Assembly (NCBI GenBank): GCA_034716715.1
Contig: JAYEKC010000026.1
Location: 5,279 to 69,278 of the forward strand
Source: Gemmatimonadota bacterium
GTDB lineage: Bacteria; Gemmatimonadota; Gemmatimonadetes; Gemmatimonadales; Gemmatimonadaceae
DNA: 64,000 nucleotides
Direction of reading: 5' to 3'
Position 1 is the first letter of the stretch. Every line of letters starts with the position of its first letter. The notes beneath the pieces were generated by a model that was not told where the DNA came from, did not search any database, and saw nothing but the letters and a program-made list of their open reading frames with translations. The position numbers were made by a program, and so were the translations under genes. Shown piece by piece: positions 1 through 9,434 of this stretch.

Positions 1-219
1 CCGCCGGCGCGCTGAGCAGCGCAACCGAACCCGGGCGCGGGACGACGGTACCGATCGCGGACATCGTCTCGCGGAACGGCTGCGCGGCAACCGGACCGGT
101 CGTCGCGTTCACGACGGGAGTGCTGCCCTCGTCCGCGGCTTGCTCCTTGCTGCAGGCCGCCGCAACCAGGAAGGCGATGAGGGGCGCCATGGCCCCCGCG
201 CGGCCAAGGCGCGTGGCGA
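1..219 (-). CDS. Efflux RND periplasmic adaptor (membrane-fusion protein, CzcB/HlyD-like), N-terminal fragment; continues past the window start
   Basis: Own translation of the reverse strand from ATG at 217-219: MIPIATRLGRAGAMAPLIAFLVAAACSKEQ...TGPVAAQPFRETMSAIGTVVPRPGSVALLSAP. It has a lipoprotein-type signal (LVAAAC) followed by the usual adaptor N-terminus, and starts 6 nt after the stop of the outer-membrane factor gene. Confidence 0.6.
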
Positions 220-225
220 TTGGGA

Positions 226-1443
226 TCATTGCGGCCCGTCCGGAGTGGCGGTGAGGGTGAGCACGCGCGCCGTGGCGATGGCGATCCATGCGCGCGCGAG
301 GTCGTTCACGTACTGCCCGAGCGTCTCCCGGGCGCTGCGCTGCGCCTCGAGCACGCTGGCCAGCGGTGCGGCGCCCTCCCGGTAGGCGGCAACCGACATC
401 GCCGCCACCCGGTCGGCGCTCGCCACAAGCCCCTGTCCCCGGTGCACACGGGCGACCGCGATGTCGCGCTCGCGCAGTGCCCGCGCGATGCCGCCGTCGG
501 ACTCGGCGCGCGCCAGGGCGAGGGCCGCGCGTGCGCGATCGCGCCCCGCGTCCGCCAGCGCAACCGCGCCGCCATTCTGGTTGAACAATGGGAGCGGAAG
601 GGAGAGCCCGACCACCGGCAGTAGCTTGTTCCCGTTGCCTCCCGGATCGTGCGTGTCGTATCCGAGGGTCAGGCTCGGCGGCGCCCAGCGATTGCGGCGC
701 TCGAGCCGGGCCAGGAAGTCCGCCGCCGCGAGCGACTCCTCAGCCGACGCCACCACGAGCGTCGTCCCGGCGGGAACTCGCGTCGCGTCGGGTTCGGGGA
801 CCGCCAGGGTGTCGGAAAGCACGATGCGCACCGTGTCGGCCTGGATTCCCATCACGGTCTGCAGCGAGAGCATCGCGCTCAGGTACATGAGCGAATCGTC
901 CGCCGCCACGTTCGCCTGGTCGCCCGCGTACAGCGACGCCAGCTCCACGTCGAGCGTGCTCGCATCCCCAGCGTCGCGCCGCGCCACCACGATTCGCCGC
1001 AGCGAGTCGGCATCGGTCGCGTTGCGCCGGGAAAGCTGGAGCCGCGCCTGCGCGGAGAGCGCCAGCGTGTACAGCGTATCCGCGTCGAGCGCCGATGCAG
1101 CCCGCTCGAGCCGGAAACGGTGCGCGGCGCTCGCGCGCTCCGCCTCGGCCGCGCGAATGCGGGTGGTGCGCAGCCAGGGGTAGTCCACCGGGAGGTCGAC
1201 GGCGACGTGATACCGCGGGACGTCTTCCGTGTACGAGACCGCCAGCGCGGGATTCGGGAACTCGCGGGCGGCGAGCAGCAGTCCGCGCGCCAGGTTCGTG
1301 TCGGCGGCCGCCAAAGCGAGACGCGCGCCCTTCGCCAGCGCCGCGTCCACGGCTGCGGCGCGTGTCACCTCGCGTTGCTGCGCACCGGCAACCGTGGCGC
1401 AAGCCGCCACGGCAAGGGCGAGGTGGGCGATGGAGCGACGCAT
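226..1443 (-). CDS. Outer-membrane efflux protein (TolC/CzcC family)
   Basis: Track ORF 226..1872 trimmed to the ATG at 1441-1443, which gives a signal peptide MRRSIAHLALAVAACATVAGAQQ. Two-repeat coiled-coil/beta-barrel pattern typical of OEP family proteins. The upstream extension is Arg/Gly-rich shadow sequence. Confidence 0.8.
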   Translation of the reverse strand: MRRSIAHLALAVAACATVAGAQQREVTRAAAVDAALAKGARLALAAADTNLARGLLLAAREFPNPALAVSYTEDVPRYHVAVDLPVDYPWLRTTRIRAAEAERASAAHRFRLERAASALDADTLYTLALSAQARLQLSRRNATDADSLRRIVVARRDAGDASTLDVELASLYAGDQANVAADDSLMYLSAMLSLQTVMGIQADTVRIVLSDTLAVPEPDATRVPAGTTLVVASAEESLAAADFLARLERRNRWAPPSLTLGYDTHDPGGNGNKLLPVVGLSLPLPLFNQNGGAVALADAGRDRARAALALARAESDGGIARALRERDIAVARVHRGQGLVASADRVAAMSVAAYREGAAPLASVLEAQRSARETLGQYVNDLARAWIAIATARVLTLTATPDGPQ

Positions 1444-1499
1444 GATTCGACGATGACCGGAAACCGGGCAAGCTACCGGCCGTACCTGACAGGAACCTG

Positions 1500-2807
1500 T
1501 CACGCCGCCGGCCCGTGCGACGGGACCGGAAACGTCACGCGGAACTCGGCCCCGCGATCCACCGACGAATCCACGCTGATGGCGGCACCGTGCAGCTCGG
1601 CAATCCACTTGGCGATCGAGAGGCCCAGTCCCGCGCCGGACCGTCCTTCGACGCGCGTTCGGGCGCCGTCGCCACGGAAGAAGCGGTCGAAAATGTGCGG
1701 CAGGTCTTCGGCCGAGATCCCCTGACCCGTGTCGGCAACCGCCACCGATGCCTGGCCGTTCGTCGTCCCCACACGCACGGCCACGGTTCCGCCGGACGGA
1801 GTGAACTTCACGGCGTTGTCGAGCAGGATCATCAGCAGCTGGTGCAGCAGGCCCTCGTCGCCGTTGACCCACGCTTCCTCGAACTCCGCGACGGCGAGTT
1901 TCACGCCGCGCGCGTCGGCCATCGCGCGCGCCGCGTCGGCGGCGTGCAGCGCCACGTCGTCGAGCGACAACCGCCGCATCTCGACCTGCCGTTCGCCCGC
2001 GTCGGCGCGGGCCAGCGTCATCAGGTCGTCCACGATGCGGCCCAGCCGCCCGGCCTCGGCGCCCACGACGCGAATCGTGTCCACGAGCTCGTCGTGCCCG
2101 CGCTCACGCTGCAGCGCCACGTCGGCGCGGCTCCGCAGCGCCGTCACCGGCGTCCGCAGCTCGTGCGCCGCATCGGCCATGAACTGCCGCATGCGCTCCA
2201 TCGTCGTCTCGGCCGGTGCGGTGGACTTGCGTACGAGGAGCCATCCCCCGGCCCCGGCGAGCGCGAGGCCCGCGATCGCCGCCGCGCCGAACGCGGCGAT
2301 GAGCGACGCATACCGGTCCTCGAGTTCCACGCGGTCTGCGGCCGCTACGGCAATCACCGTCGTGCCACTCGGCAGCGTGGCCCGCTCCCCGCGGTAGCGC
2401 ACCGCGTGGTCTTCACCCACGTCGTGGTCGCCGGTCGTCACGCTGTCGCGCGCGGCGGCCCTGGCCACGACCGCGGCCCACTCCGGCGTCGCGGCCGGCA
2501 CCAGCGCGTGCCCTGCGCCGTCGAACAGGAAGAGCTGCCGCTCGGGAATCCGCAGCTCCTCCACCGCGTCCACGACCTGGCCGCGCGCGGTGGCCGCCTC
2601 CACCTCGCGCGTCGCCGCCGCGCGGGCGATTTCGGCGGTCGCGTCGGCCAGCGACGCGTCGAGCTGGCTGCTCAGCTGCCCGCGGATGGTGACGAAGAGC
2701 CCTCCACCAAGGAGCAGGAGGATGACAACCATCGTGCCGAGGTACCACGCCGTGAGCCGGAGCCGCAGGCGGGCGAGCGGAGCAGCGGGGCGCGGGGCGG
2801 CGGTCAC
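1500..2807 (-). CDS. Sensor histidine kinase (two TM segments, HisKA + HATPase)
   Basis: H-box MADAAHELRTPVTAL, N-box LLDNAVKFTP, G-boxes DTGQGI and GAGLGLSIA. The GTG start at 2805-2807 overlaps the regulator stop (GTGA). Confidence 0.85.
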   Translation of the reverse strand: MTAAPRPAAPLARLRLRLTAWYLGTMVVILLLLGGGLFVTIRGQLSSQLDASLADATAEIARAAATREVEAATARGQVVDAVEELRIPERQLFLFDGAGHALVPAATPEWAAVVARAAARDSVTTGDHDVGEDHAVRYRGERATLPSGTTVIAVAAADRVELEDRYASLIAAFGAAAIAGLALAGAGGWLLVRKSTAPAETTMERMRQFMADAAHELRTPVTALRSRADVALQRERGHDELVDTIRVVGAEAGRLGRIVDDLMTLARADAGERQVEMRRLSLDDVALHAADAARAMADARGVKLAVAEFEEAWVNGDEGLLHQLLMILLDNAVKFTPSGGTVAVRVGTTNGQASVAVADTGQGISAEDLPHIFDRFFRGDGARTRVEGRSGAGLGLSIAKWIAELHGAAISVDSSVDRGAEFRVTFPVPSHGPAA

Positions 2808-3472
2808 GGACCGAACCGGTAGCCGGCGCCGCGGATCGTGTGGATCAACTGCGGTGCGAATCCGTCGTCGATCTTCCGGCGGAGCCGCTTCACGAGCACC
2901 TCGAGCACGTTGGTGAAGGGATCGTGATTCTCGTCCCACACGTACGACGTGATCGTCGCGCGGTCCACGACGCGGTCCTGGTTGCGGATGAAGCACTCCA
3001 GCAGCGCGAACTCCTTGGCCGTCAGCTCGATCGGCTTGCCGGCGCGCGATACGCGCCGCGATCCCAGTTCCACCTCGAGGTCGGCGACCCGCACCGTCTC
3101 AGGCGCGATGGCCGGCGGCCGGCGGCCAAGGGCGCGCACCCGCGCCAGCAACTCGGCAAACGCGAACGGCTTCGTGAGGTAGTCGTCGGCCCCGGCCTCG
3201 AGGCCCTCCACCCGGTCGCGCACCGCGTCGCGCGCCGTGAGCATGAGGATCGGCGTCACGACGCCCGCCGCGCGAAGGCTGCGGCACAGGTCGAACCCCG
3301 ACCCGCCGGGCAGCATCACGTCGAGGATGAGCACGTCGTACGTCGCGGCGAGCGCCTGCGCCTTGCCGGTCGCATGCGAGTCGCACGCATCGAGCCGCAT
3401 GCCGTGCTCGCGCAGTCCGGTCGTGAGCGCCAATGCGATCTCGCGATCATCCTCGACGAGCAGGATCCGCAT
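2804..3472 (-). CDS. OmpR/PhoB-family response regulator (CusR/CopR-like by eye)
   Basis: Receiver domain MRILLVEDD...ILDVMLPG...LMLTA, and a C-terminal winged helix ending IHTIRGAGYRF. Confidence 0.9.
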   Translation of the reverse strand: MRILLVEDDREIALALTTGLREHGMRLDACDSHATGKAQALAATYDVLILDVMLPGGSGFDLCRSLRAAGVVTPILMLTARDAVRDRVEGLEAGADDYLTKPFAFAELLARVRALGRRPPAIAPETVRVADLEVELGSRRVSRAGKPIELTAKEFALLECFIRNQDRVVDRATITSYVWDENHDPFTNVLEVLVKRLRRKIDDGFAPQLIHTIRGAGYRFGP

Positions 3473-3576
3473 GCAGCCGAATCTACGCGCCGGGGGTGAG
3501 CCGGGGCGGCGCTTGTCATCGTAAGGACAGGTCGCCAGGATAGCGTTGCGTGCACACCCCCTTCATCGAGGAAACC

Positions 3577-4002
3577 GTGAACGCTCGCGTTGTCCTGGCC
3601 GCCGTCACCATCCTGGCGGCACCCGCCGCCATCGCGCAGTCGTCTCCGGCCGCGGGCGCGCGGCAGGCCGCGCCTGCCCCCGCCAAGCCGCCGTACAAGA
3701 CCGAGTTGCCCGCCGCCCTCGTGAAGAAGGCGCGCATCACCGAGCCGGCCGCCGCCGCCGCGGCCCTTGCCCGCGTGCCGGGTGGCCGCATCACCGGTGT
3801 GGAGCTCGAGGAGGAGGACGGCAAGTTCATCTACTCCTACGACATCACGGTGGCCGGCAAGAAGGGCGTCGAGGAAGTCCACGTGGACGCGATGACCGGA
3901 GCCGTTATCAAGTCCGAGCACGAAAGCGAGACGTCCGAGAAAGCGGCGAAGAAGCCGGACTCGACGACGAGGAAGTCAAAGGCTCCGGCGAAGCAACCGT
4001 AG
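3577..4002 (+). CDS. Exported PepSY domain protein
   Basis: Signal peptide NARVVLAAVTILAAPAAIAQ. PepSY-like core GGRITGVELEEEDGKFIYSYDITVAGKKGVEEVHVDAMTGAVIK. Start moved from the track GTG 3550 to GTG 3577, which is preceded by GAGGAA. Confidence 0.7.
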   Translation: MNARVVLAAVTILAAPAAIAQSSPAAGARQAAPAPAKPPYKTELPAALVKKARITEPAAAAAALARVPGGRITGVELEEEDGKFIYSYDITVAGKKGVEEVHVDAMTGAVIKSEHESETSEKAAKKPDSTTRKSKAPAKQP

Positions 4003-4224
4003 CGAGCCCAATGACCAGGCTCAGGTCAACGGACGTCGTTGGCGCCGGGGTCGGCCTGGAGGTGGCGCCCGGCGCGGCGATGGACCGCGCCGAAGTGCTG
4101 AGCGTGTCAGAGTCGCTCCGGGTGCCGGCGGCCACGTACCGCCAGTGTGTCGGATGAAGGAAACACGCCCCTCGAGCCCGGAGCGACCGAGTTCAAGGTG
4201 TACTGCCCGGAAGTAGGCCGCGTG

Positions 4225-4263
4225 CGGCGACCTCCGCCTTGCCAGCATCGGCGGAGGTCGCCG
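4225..4263. terminator. GC-rich hairpin between convergent genes (14-bp perfect stem, 11-nt loop)
   Basis: cggcgacctccgcc (4225-4238) pairs perfectly with ggcggaggtcgccg (4250-4263). It lies 12 nt beyond the stop of the 4275..4712 gene. There is no U-tract. Confidence 0.4.
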
Positions 4264-4274
4264 GTAGTCCCCCC

Positions 4275-4712
4275 TCAGCCCGCTTCCGCGTATAGCCGTC
4301 CGCCTACCCAGGCGGCGACGATGAAGTTCACGAACGCAAGGACGGCGCCCATCGCGTAGCTCGTCATCGACGTCAGGCCCATGAAGTAGAAGTAGAGCCA
4401 CATCATGGACGCGACGATCCACGCGAACACGGCGGCCTTGATCGCCGTTCCCTGCCCGGGGCCGAAGCGCGGCCGGATCGCGGCATAGAGCCAGACAAGC
4501 AGGACGCCCATGGCGAAGTCCATCGCCACGAACCACGCGATGTTCTTCGTGTCATTCATCGCCATCCAGAGCGACGGGTTTACTGCGTCGAGCTCTGCCT
4601 TCATCCGGTTTCCCAGGATGAATGTGTTCGACACGAAGTCGATCACGTTGAGTACGAGTCCCGCCGCCAGTCCTGCCGTGAGCACCTTCCCGGTGTTGAT
4701 CGACGCCATCAC
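4275..4712 (-). CDS. Small integral membrane protein, family not recognised
   Basis: 145 aa with about four hydrophobic helices by eye (LTAGLAAGLVLNVIDFV, IAWFVAMDFAMGVLLVWLYAAI, AAVFAWIVASMMWLYFYFMGL, AMGAVLAFVNFIVAAWVGG). Balanced residue composition, unlike the shadow ORFs. Confidence 0.65.
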   Translation of the reverse strand: MMASINTGKVLTAGLAAGLVLNVIDFVSNTFILGNRMKAELDAVNPSLWMAMNDTKNIAWFVAMDFAMGVLLVWLYAAIRPRFGPGQGTAIKAAVFAWIVASMMWLYFYFMGLTSMTSYAMGAVLAFVNFIVAAWVGGRLYAEAG

Positions 4713-4769
4713 GACCTCCTGCGAGAAGTGAACCTGCCGCCCGCGGGCGCGGTTCGCGTCAGCGGGAAA

Positions 4770-7700
4770 TCAGCCCTTCTTTTCGGTGGCTTCGAGCTGT
4801 CTCAGGCGTGCCCGCGCCGCGGCCACGCGCGGCTGAAGTTCGGGGTCGGCATTCTTCCAGAGCTCCACAAAGTCCCGGTACATCTCCTCGGCCCGCGCAG
4901 TGTTCCCCCTGGCGTCGTACATCTTCGCGAGCGCCTCGAGCAAGCCGCCCGGCACCGAAATGTCGGGTCCCTGACGGATCCGGCCGCCCCAGGGGGTCTT
5001 CCGGTACTCCTCGTACACGGCAATCGCGGAATCCGCCATTCCCGCGGTGGCAAACGTCCGGATGAGGCTCATCGGAAGCGCCGCGTCGTCACCATCCACC
5101 GGGCCGTCGGGGCGCCGATCACTCTTGCGGAACAGGTCCACTGCCTCAGCCCACTTCTTTTCCGTCACGGCGATTTCGGCCTGCGCGCGCTGGACAGCGG
5201 GGAGATCCCACCGCCGCCGTGCCGTGTCGCGCACCGCCGTGTTGTATGACGAAAGGAACTGGCGAGCACGCTCCGCCTGGCCGGCATGGGCATACCCGGC
5301 CGCAAGCAGCGGATAGGGGCGGTTGATCACCGGGGTGGATTCGATGTGAAGCGCATCGACCGCCCGGTCCGTCTCCTTCAGGAGGTCATCGATGGGGAGC
5401 CCCGCGTCGACGCGCGAGGTGAGGACGTCGATAAGCTGGAACACCCGGGGATAGGGCCGGCCGCTCGCGGAGTCGAGGGCGCGCTGCTGATTGTGGTACA
5501 TCAGGTGGTCGCGGTGCCGCCCCAGGATGTCCGATGCGAACGCCAGGTTGCCCGCGGCCCATGATGGTGCCCGCCGGTCGCCGACCTTCAGCGCCGAGTC
5601 GAGCGCGGCGCGCGCCTCGTCGAGGCGACCGCGGTCGGCGACCACGGTGATTGCGTCCTGGTTGAAGCTTGTCGCCCCCGGGAATCGCTCCCGCCCAACC
5701 GCAATCACGGAATCGGCGGCGTCCAGACGTCCCTGGCTTTCCAGCGCGTTGAACAGGTTGCTGTACGACGTTTGGTTTCCAGGCTGGAACCGCGCGCTTG
5801 TGCGATACAGGCTCTCGGCTTTGGCGAACTCGCGGCGTCCGCCATACAAGACGCCGAGATTGATCAATGCCACGCTGCTGTCACCGCGGCCCAGCATTCG
5901 CTCGTATGCGGCGATGGCCTTCGCGCGGTCGTAGCCCGGGCTGAACTGGTAGTAGTAGCCCAGGACTGCGTCGCGCTCCCGCTCCGTCATGCGGTCGCTT
6001 AGCGCGAACGCGCGGCGGATGGCCGAATCGCTGACCGACGGGGCATAACCGCCCTGGTTCCGGATGGCGACGGCGAGCTTCCGCCAGCCCTCGGCGAAGT
6101 TCGAGTCGAGTGCCACGGCCTCGCGCAGCAGCCGGATGGCCTTGGCATAGTCACGCTCGGCGTCGTTCGCCCGTGCGGCGTCACTGTACTTGCGGAGAGC
6201 CTCGAGCGAGCTGGTGGACGCATAGGCCAGGGCGGGCGTTGCCTGCACCCGGCGTAGCGACTCGCCAGCCTTCTCCCGCAGCTTGCGCGACAGGTTGTCG
6301 GCGACGTTGATGATCTCGTCCGAGCTCGACGCCGTCCCGTGGAACTCCGCCAGGGCGCGCGCCGAGTCGGCCGTGACGAGTCGGACCGCCACGATGTAAC
6401 TCGTACCCACGACGCTCACGTCGCCGTCGACGATGGCCTTCACGCCTTCGCGCAGCGCGATCTGCTGCGCGGTCTTCAGGTCCACCCGCGACGACACGTC
6501 GCGCTGCATGCGCTGGAGGGCGCTGCCGATTTCCGCGGGCGACAGCATCACGAACACCCGCGAGTCGCCGAGGCCGGCGCGAATGGCGTCGCCCACCACG
6601 CGGCCCAGTGTCGAATCCGAGTTGCTGACCGCGAAATCCGTGATGATCAGCCTGTCGCGGCCCGTCAGCGCGCCGGTCGCGATGAGCGACCCGAACGGTC
6701 CGATGCCGAATGCGCGCATGCCCATGAACGCGGCGATCATCGCGATGAATACGCCGAGCGCATACATCCCGCCGCGTGCCGTCCGGTACCAGCTCACGTG
6801 CGGCGCCGCCCGCAGGGCCATTGTGGCGATCGTCCCGTGCTGCGCCGCGCCGGGCGATCCGCCCGGCGTGAACGTGGGCGTCGCGGTCCAGGCGCGGCGT
6901 GCCACGCGCTGCACGTACCCGGTCCACAGCACCACCGGCAGGCCGAGCGCCATCACGATCAGCGACCCCGGGAACACCCAGTCCGGCAAGCCGATGCCGA
7001 CGATCGCCGCCTTCGCGACGATCGCGACGACCACGAACGCCGCCGCGTAGATCGCGAGCGCCTTGCGGAACATCCCCGCACCGCCGAGCAGCACCGCAGG
7101 CGCCGCAGTCATGCCGCCGCCGCTCGTGGCCTCGAGCGAACGGAGGATTTCCGTCGCGTCCTGCGGCCGCTGCGCGGCCTCCTTCGCCAGGCAGCGCATC
7201 ACGAGGTCCGAGAGCGCGGCGGGCGTGTCCGGCCGGAGTTCCGTGACCGGCCGCGGTGCCTCGCTCATGTGCGCCGCGAGCATCCGCTGCGGCGTGCGGT
7301 CGGCGAACACCACCTGGCCCGTGAGCAGCTCGTACGCCATCGCGCCGAGCGAGTAAACGTCGGCGCGGTGGTCCACCGTCGGGTCGCCCGCTGCCTGCTC
7401 CGGTGCCATGTACGCCGGCGTGCCGATGCTCGTGCCGATCTGCGTGAGCGTCGCGCCGCCGCTTTGCGTGCGCGCGGCGCTGATGGCCTTGGCGATGCCG
7501 AAATCCGTCACCACGGCCGCGCCACCCGAAAGCAGCACGTTGTCCGGCTTGATGTCGCGATGCACCACGCCCTGCGCGTGGGCGAACGCCAGCGCGCGCG
7601 ACACGTCGCGCAGCACGCTCACCACGTCGCTGATCGCCAGCGGCCCCCGGCCGAGCCGCGCGCGCAGCGATTCGCCGGTGACAAACGGCATCGTGTAGAA

Positions 7701-7967
7701 CGGCAGGCCGTTCGTGTCGCCCGCGGAGAGCACGGGGACGATGTTGGCCTGCTGGAGCGCGGCCGCGGTCTGGATCTCGCGCTCGAAGCGCTCGATACTG
7801 ATGCCCTGCGCCAGCTCGGGCGACAGCAGCTTCACCACGACCTTGCGCTTGAGCCGCATCTCCTCGGCGACGAACACCTTCGACATGCCGCCGCCGCCGA
7901 GTTCGCGCTCGAGCGTGTACGCAGTGCCAAGTGTCGCCTGCAGCTGGTCGCGAATTTGCTGGCTCAA
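4770..7967 (-). CDS. Ser/Thr protein kinase with TM segments and a C-terminal TPR-repeat region
   Basis: Hanks motifs GGGGMSKVFVA, VVVKLL, HRDIKPDNVLL, DFGIAK and PAYMAPE. Hydrophobic helices follow the kinase domain, and the C-terminal ~400 aa look TPR-like. Start uncertain: TTG 7965-7967 was chosen because the codons upstream (AGA, GTA, ATT, AAT) are atypical. The maximal ORF starts at GTG 8084. Confidence 0.85.
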   Translation of the reverse strand: MSQQIRDQLQATLGTAYTLERELGGGGMSKVFVAEEMRLKRKVVVKLLSPELAQGISIERFEREIQTAAALQQANIVPVLSAGDTNGLPFYTMPFVTGESLRARLGRGPLAISDVVSVLRDVSRALAFAHAQGVVHRDIKPDNVLLSGGAAVVTDFGIAKAISAARTQSGGATLTQIGTSIGTPAYMAPEQAAGDPTVDHRADVYSLGAMAYELLTGQVVFADRTPQRMLAAHMSEAPRPVTELRPDTPAALSDLVMRCLAKEAAQRPQDATEILRSLEATSGGGMTAAPAVLLGGAGMFRKALAIYAAAFVVVAIVAKAAIVGIGLPDWVFPGSLIVMALGLPVVLWTGYVQRVARRAWTATPTFTPGGSPGAAQHGTIATMALRAAPHVSWYRTARGGMYALGVFIAMIAAFMGMRAFGIGPFGSLIATGALTGRDRLIITDFAVSNSDSTLGRVVGDAIRAGLGDSRVFVMLSPAEIGSALQRMQRDVSSRVDLKTAQQIALREGVKAIVDGDVSVVGTSYIVAVRLVTADSARALAEFHGTASSSDEIINVADNLSRKLREKAGESLRRVQATPALAYASTSSLEALRKYSDAARANDAERDYAKAIRLLREAVALDSNFAEGWRKLAVAIRNQGGYAPSVSDSAIRRAFALSDRMTERERDAVLGYYYQFSPGYDRAKAIAAYERMLGRGDSSVALINLGVLYGGRREFAKAESLYRTSARFQPGNQTSYSNLFNALESQGRLDAADSVIAVGRERFPGATSFNQDAITVVADRGRLDEARAALDSALKVGDRRAPSWAAGNLAFASDILGRHRDHLMYHNQQRALDSASGRPYPRVFQLIDVLTSRVDAGLPIDDLLKETDRAVDALHIESTPVINRPYPLLAAGYAHAGQAERARQFLSSYNTAVRDTARRRWDLPAVQRAQAEIAVTEKKWAEAVDLFRKSDRRPDGPVDGDDAALPMSLIRTFATAGMADSAIAVYEEYRKTPWGGRIRQGPDISVPGGLLEALAKMYDARGNTARAEEMYRDFVELWKNADPELQPRVAAARARLRQLEATEKKG

Positions 7968-8124
7968 ATTCCGCCGAACCTGGTGGGAGAAGCCTACGAG
8001 CGCTCTAATGTAGGCCGAGGGCCGGGCATGAGCCAACAATCCGGCCCAATTCCCGGGGAACTCTCGTTGCCTGCGGCGCCGCACCCCAGGCGATCGCGTC
8101 GCCCGACCCTGCGGGGGCGGCGTC

Positions 8125-9399
8125 CTACCTGCGGCGGGCCGTCACCAGCACGTCGATGTTGTCGGGGCGCGCGTTGATGAAGTCCAGTCGCACGCGCCCG
8201 TCCGGCAGCGTGCTCACCGTGGCGGGAATCGAGCTGTTCGTCAGTGCCCACCCTGCCGGAAGCACCACCGCGTTGAATGGCCGCCCGAAACTTCGGTTCC
8301 AGATCAGCTCGCCGTTCATCTCCTTGTAGCGCGCCGTGTCGGTGTAGGTCTCGTACATCCGGAGGCGCGTCGAGCCGCCCTTGGGCACGGGGGCGTACCG
8401 GAACACGACGATCTCGCTTTCGGGCGTCACGTTCCGCACGCCCACGTTGGCGCGCGCCACCGCATCGCCCTTGAGAATCTCCCACTTGAGCTCCTCGCCC
8501 GTGTCGAGGTTGCGCGCGTGCGGGTTCGACACCGTGCTTCCCGCGCGCACCTCGTTGACGTAGTAGCTCGTGCCCTCGCGGAGTTCCGTGTAGTCGTGGT
8601 ACAGGTCGAAGGCGTGCGTCTCCGGCGGCTGCAGGAGGTAGACGATTTCGCGGTTCTGGTGCGCGCGCTCGTCGAGCCGGGCGCGACGATCCCCGGGCTC
8701 GCCCGCATTGGCGGCCGGCGGTCCGCCCGCCATCGCCGCGGCCTTCCGCGCGCGAAGCACGAGTGGCGCTTCAGCCGGCGTGTTGTTCCAGAACGCGACG
8801 CCGATGCGGCCGTCGACCTCCTGGAGGACCTGCGCCGGGTAGTTGCTGCTCACCAGCTCGTAGCCGGGGGGCAGCACCACGGCGTTGCGTTTGATGCCAA
8901 GCGGGCGATCGAAGACGATGTCGGCGCCGTCCGCGAAATAGCTCTTCGGGTCGTAGTACGTCTTGTCGATCAGCAGCCGGCCCTCGCCTTCGGCGGGGAC
9001 GGGCCGGGCGAGCTTCACGCGGATGTACCGCTGCGCCGTGTCGATCGGGCCACGCCCACCAACCCCGCCGACGCGCGCAACCTCCTGGCCGACGTCGTCG
9101 AACTGGAGCCGGGCGCCTGTCGCACGGTCGTACACGACCTCGTCGCTCGCGACGGATCCCTTGCGAATGGCGTTGAAGAACTCGGTGGCCCCGGCCGTGG
9201 TGGCCGTCACCTCGTACAGGATGCGGAATTTGCCGCTTCCCGGTGCCAGCAGCTCGTACCGCGTGTAGTCGTCGGCCTGGGTCTGCCGTGGCGCGCCCGC
9301 CGCCGGTGCGGCCCCCGCTCCGCGCCCGCCCTGCGCCGCAACGACTCGCGGCGCGAGCAAGAAGACCAGGACCAGCGTCGTCAGTCTCGCGCCGCGCAT
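8125..9399 (-). CDS. Exported protein of unknown function with an internal two-domain duplication
   Basis: Track ORF trimmed to ATG 9397-9399, preceded by GGGAGGAA, giving signal peptide MRGARLTTLVLVFLLAPRVVAAQ. The two halves end in similar blocks: FDRPLGIKRNAVVLPPGYELVSSNYPAQVLQEVDGRIGVAFWN and WNRSFGRPFNAVVLPAGWALTNSSIPATVSTLPDGRVRLDFIN. Confidence 0.75.
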   Translation of the reverse strand: MRGARLTTLVLVFLLAPRVVAAQGGRGAGAAPAAGAPRQTQADDYTRYELLAPGSGKFRILYEVTATTAGATEFFNAIRKGSVASDEVVYDRATGARLQFDDVGQEVARVGGVGGRGPIDTAQRYIRVKLARPVPAEGEGRLLIDKTYYDPKSYFADGADIVFDRPLGIKRNAVVLPPGYELVSSNYPAQVLQEVDGRIGVAFWNNTPAEAPLVLRARKAAAMAGGPPAANAGEPGDRRARLDERAHQNREIVYLLQPPETHAFDLYHDYTELREGTSYYVNEVRAGSTVSNPHARNLDTGEELKWEILKGDAVARANVGVRNVTPESEIVVFRYAPVPKGGSTRLRMYETYTDTARYKEMNGELIWNRSFGRPFNAVVLPAGWALTNSSIPATVSTLPDGRVRLDFINARPDNIDVLVTARRR

Positions 9400-9434
9400 C
9401 GGTTCCTCCCGGTGGTGCGGGGGCCGGCCGGACC

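Noticed and set aside
1-4002. The efflux, two-component and PepSY cluster as a horizontally acquired metal-resistance island
   Set aside because: It shows no compositional difference from the rest of the window and no mobility genes or flanking repeats are visible. The left boundary lies outside the window, so the idea cannot be assessed here.
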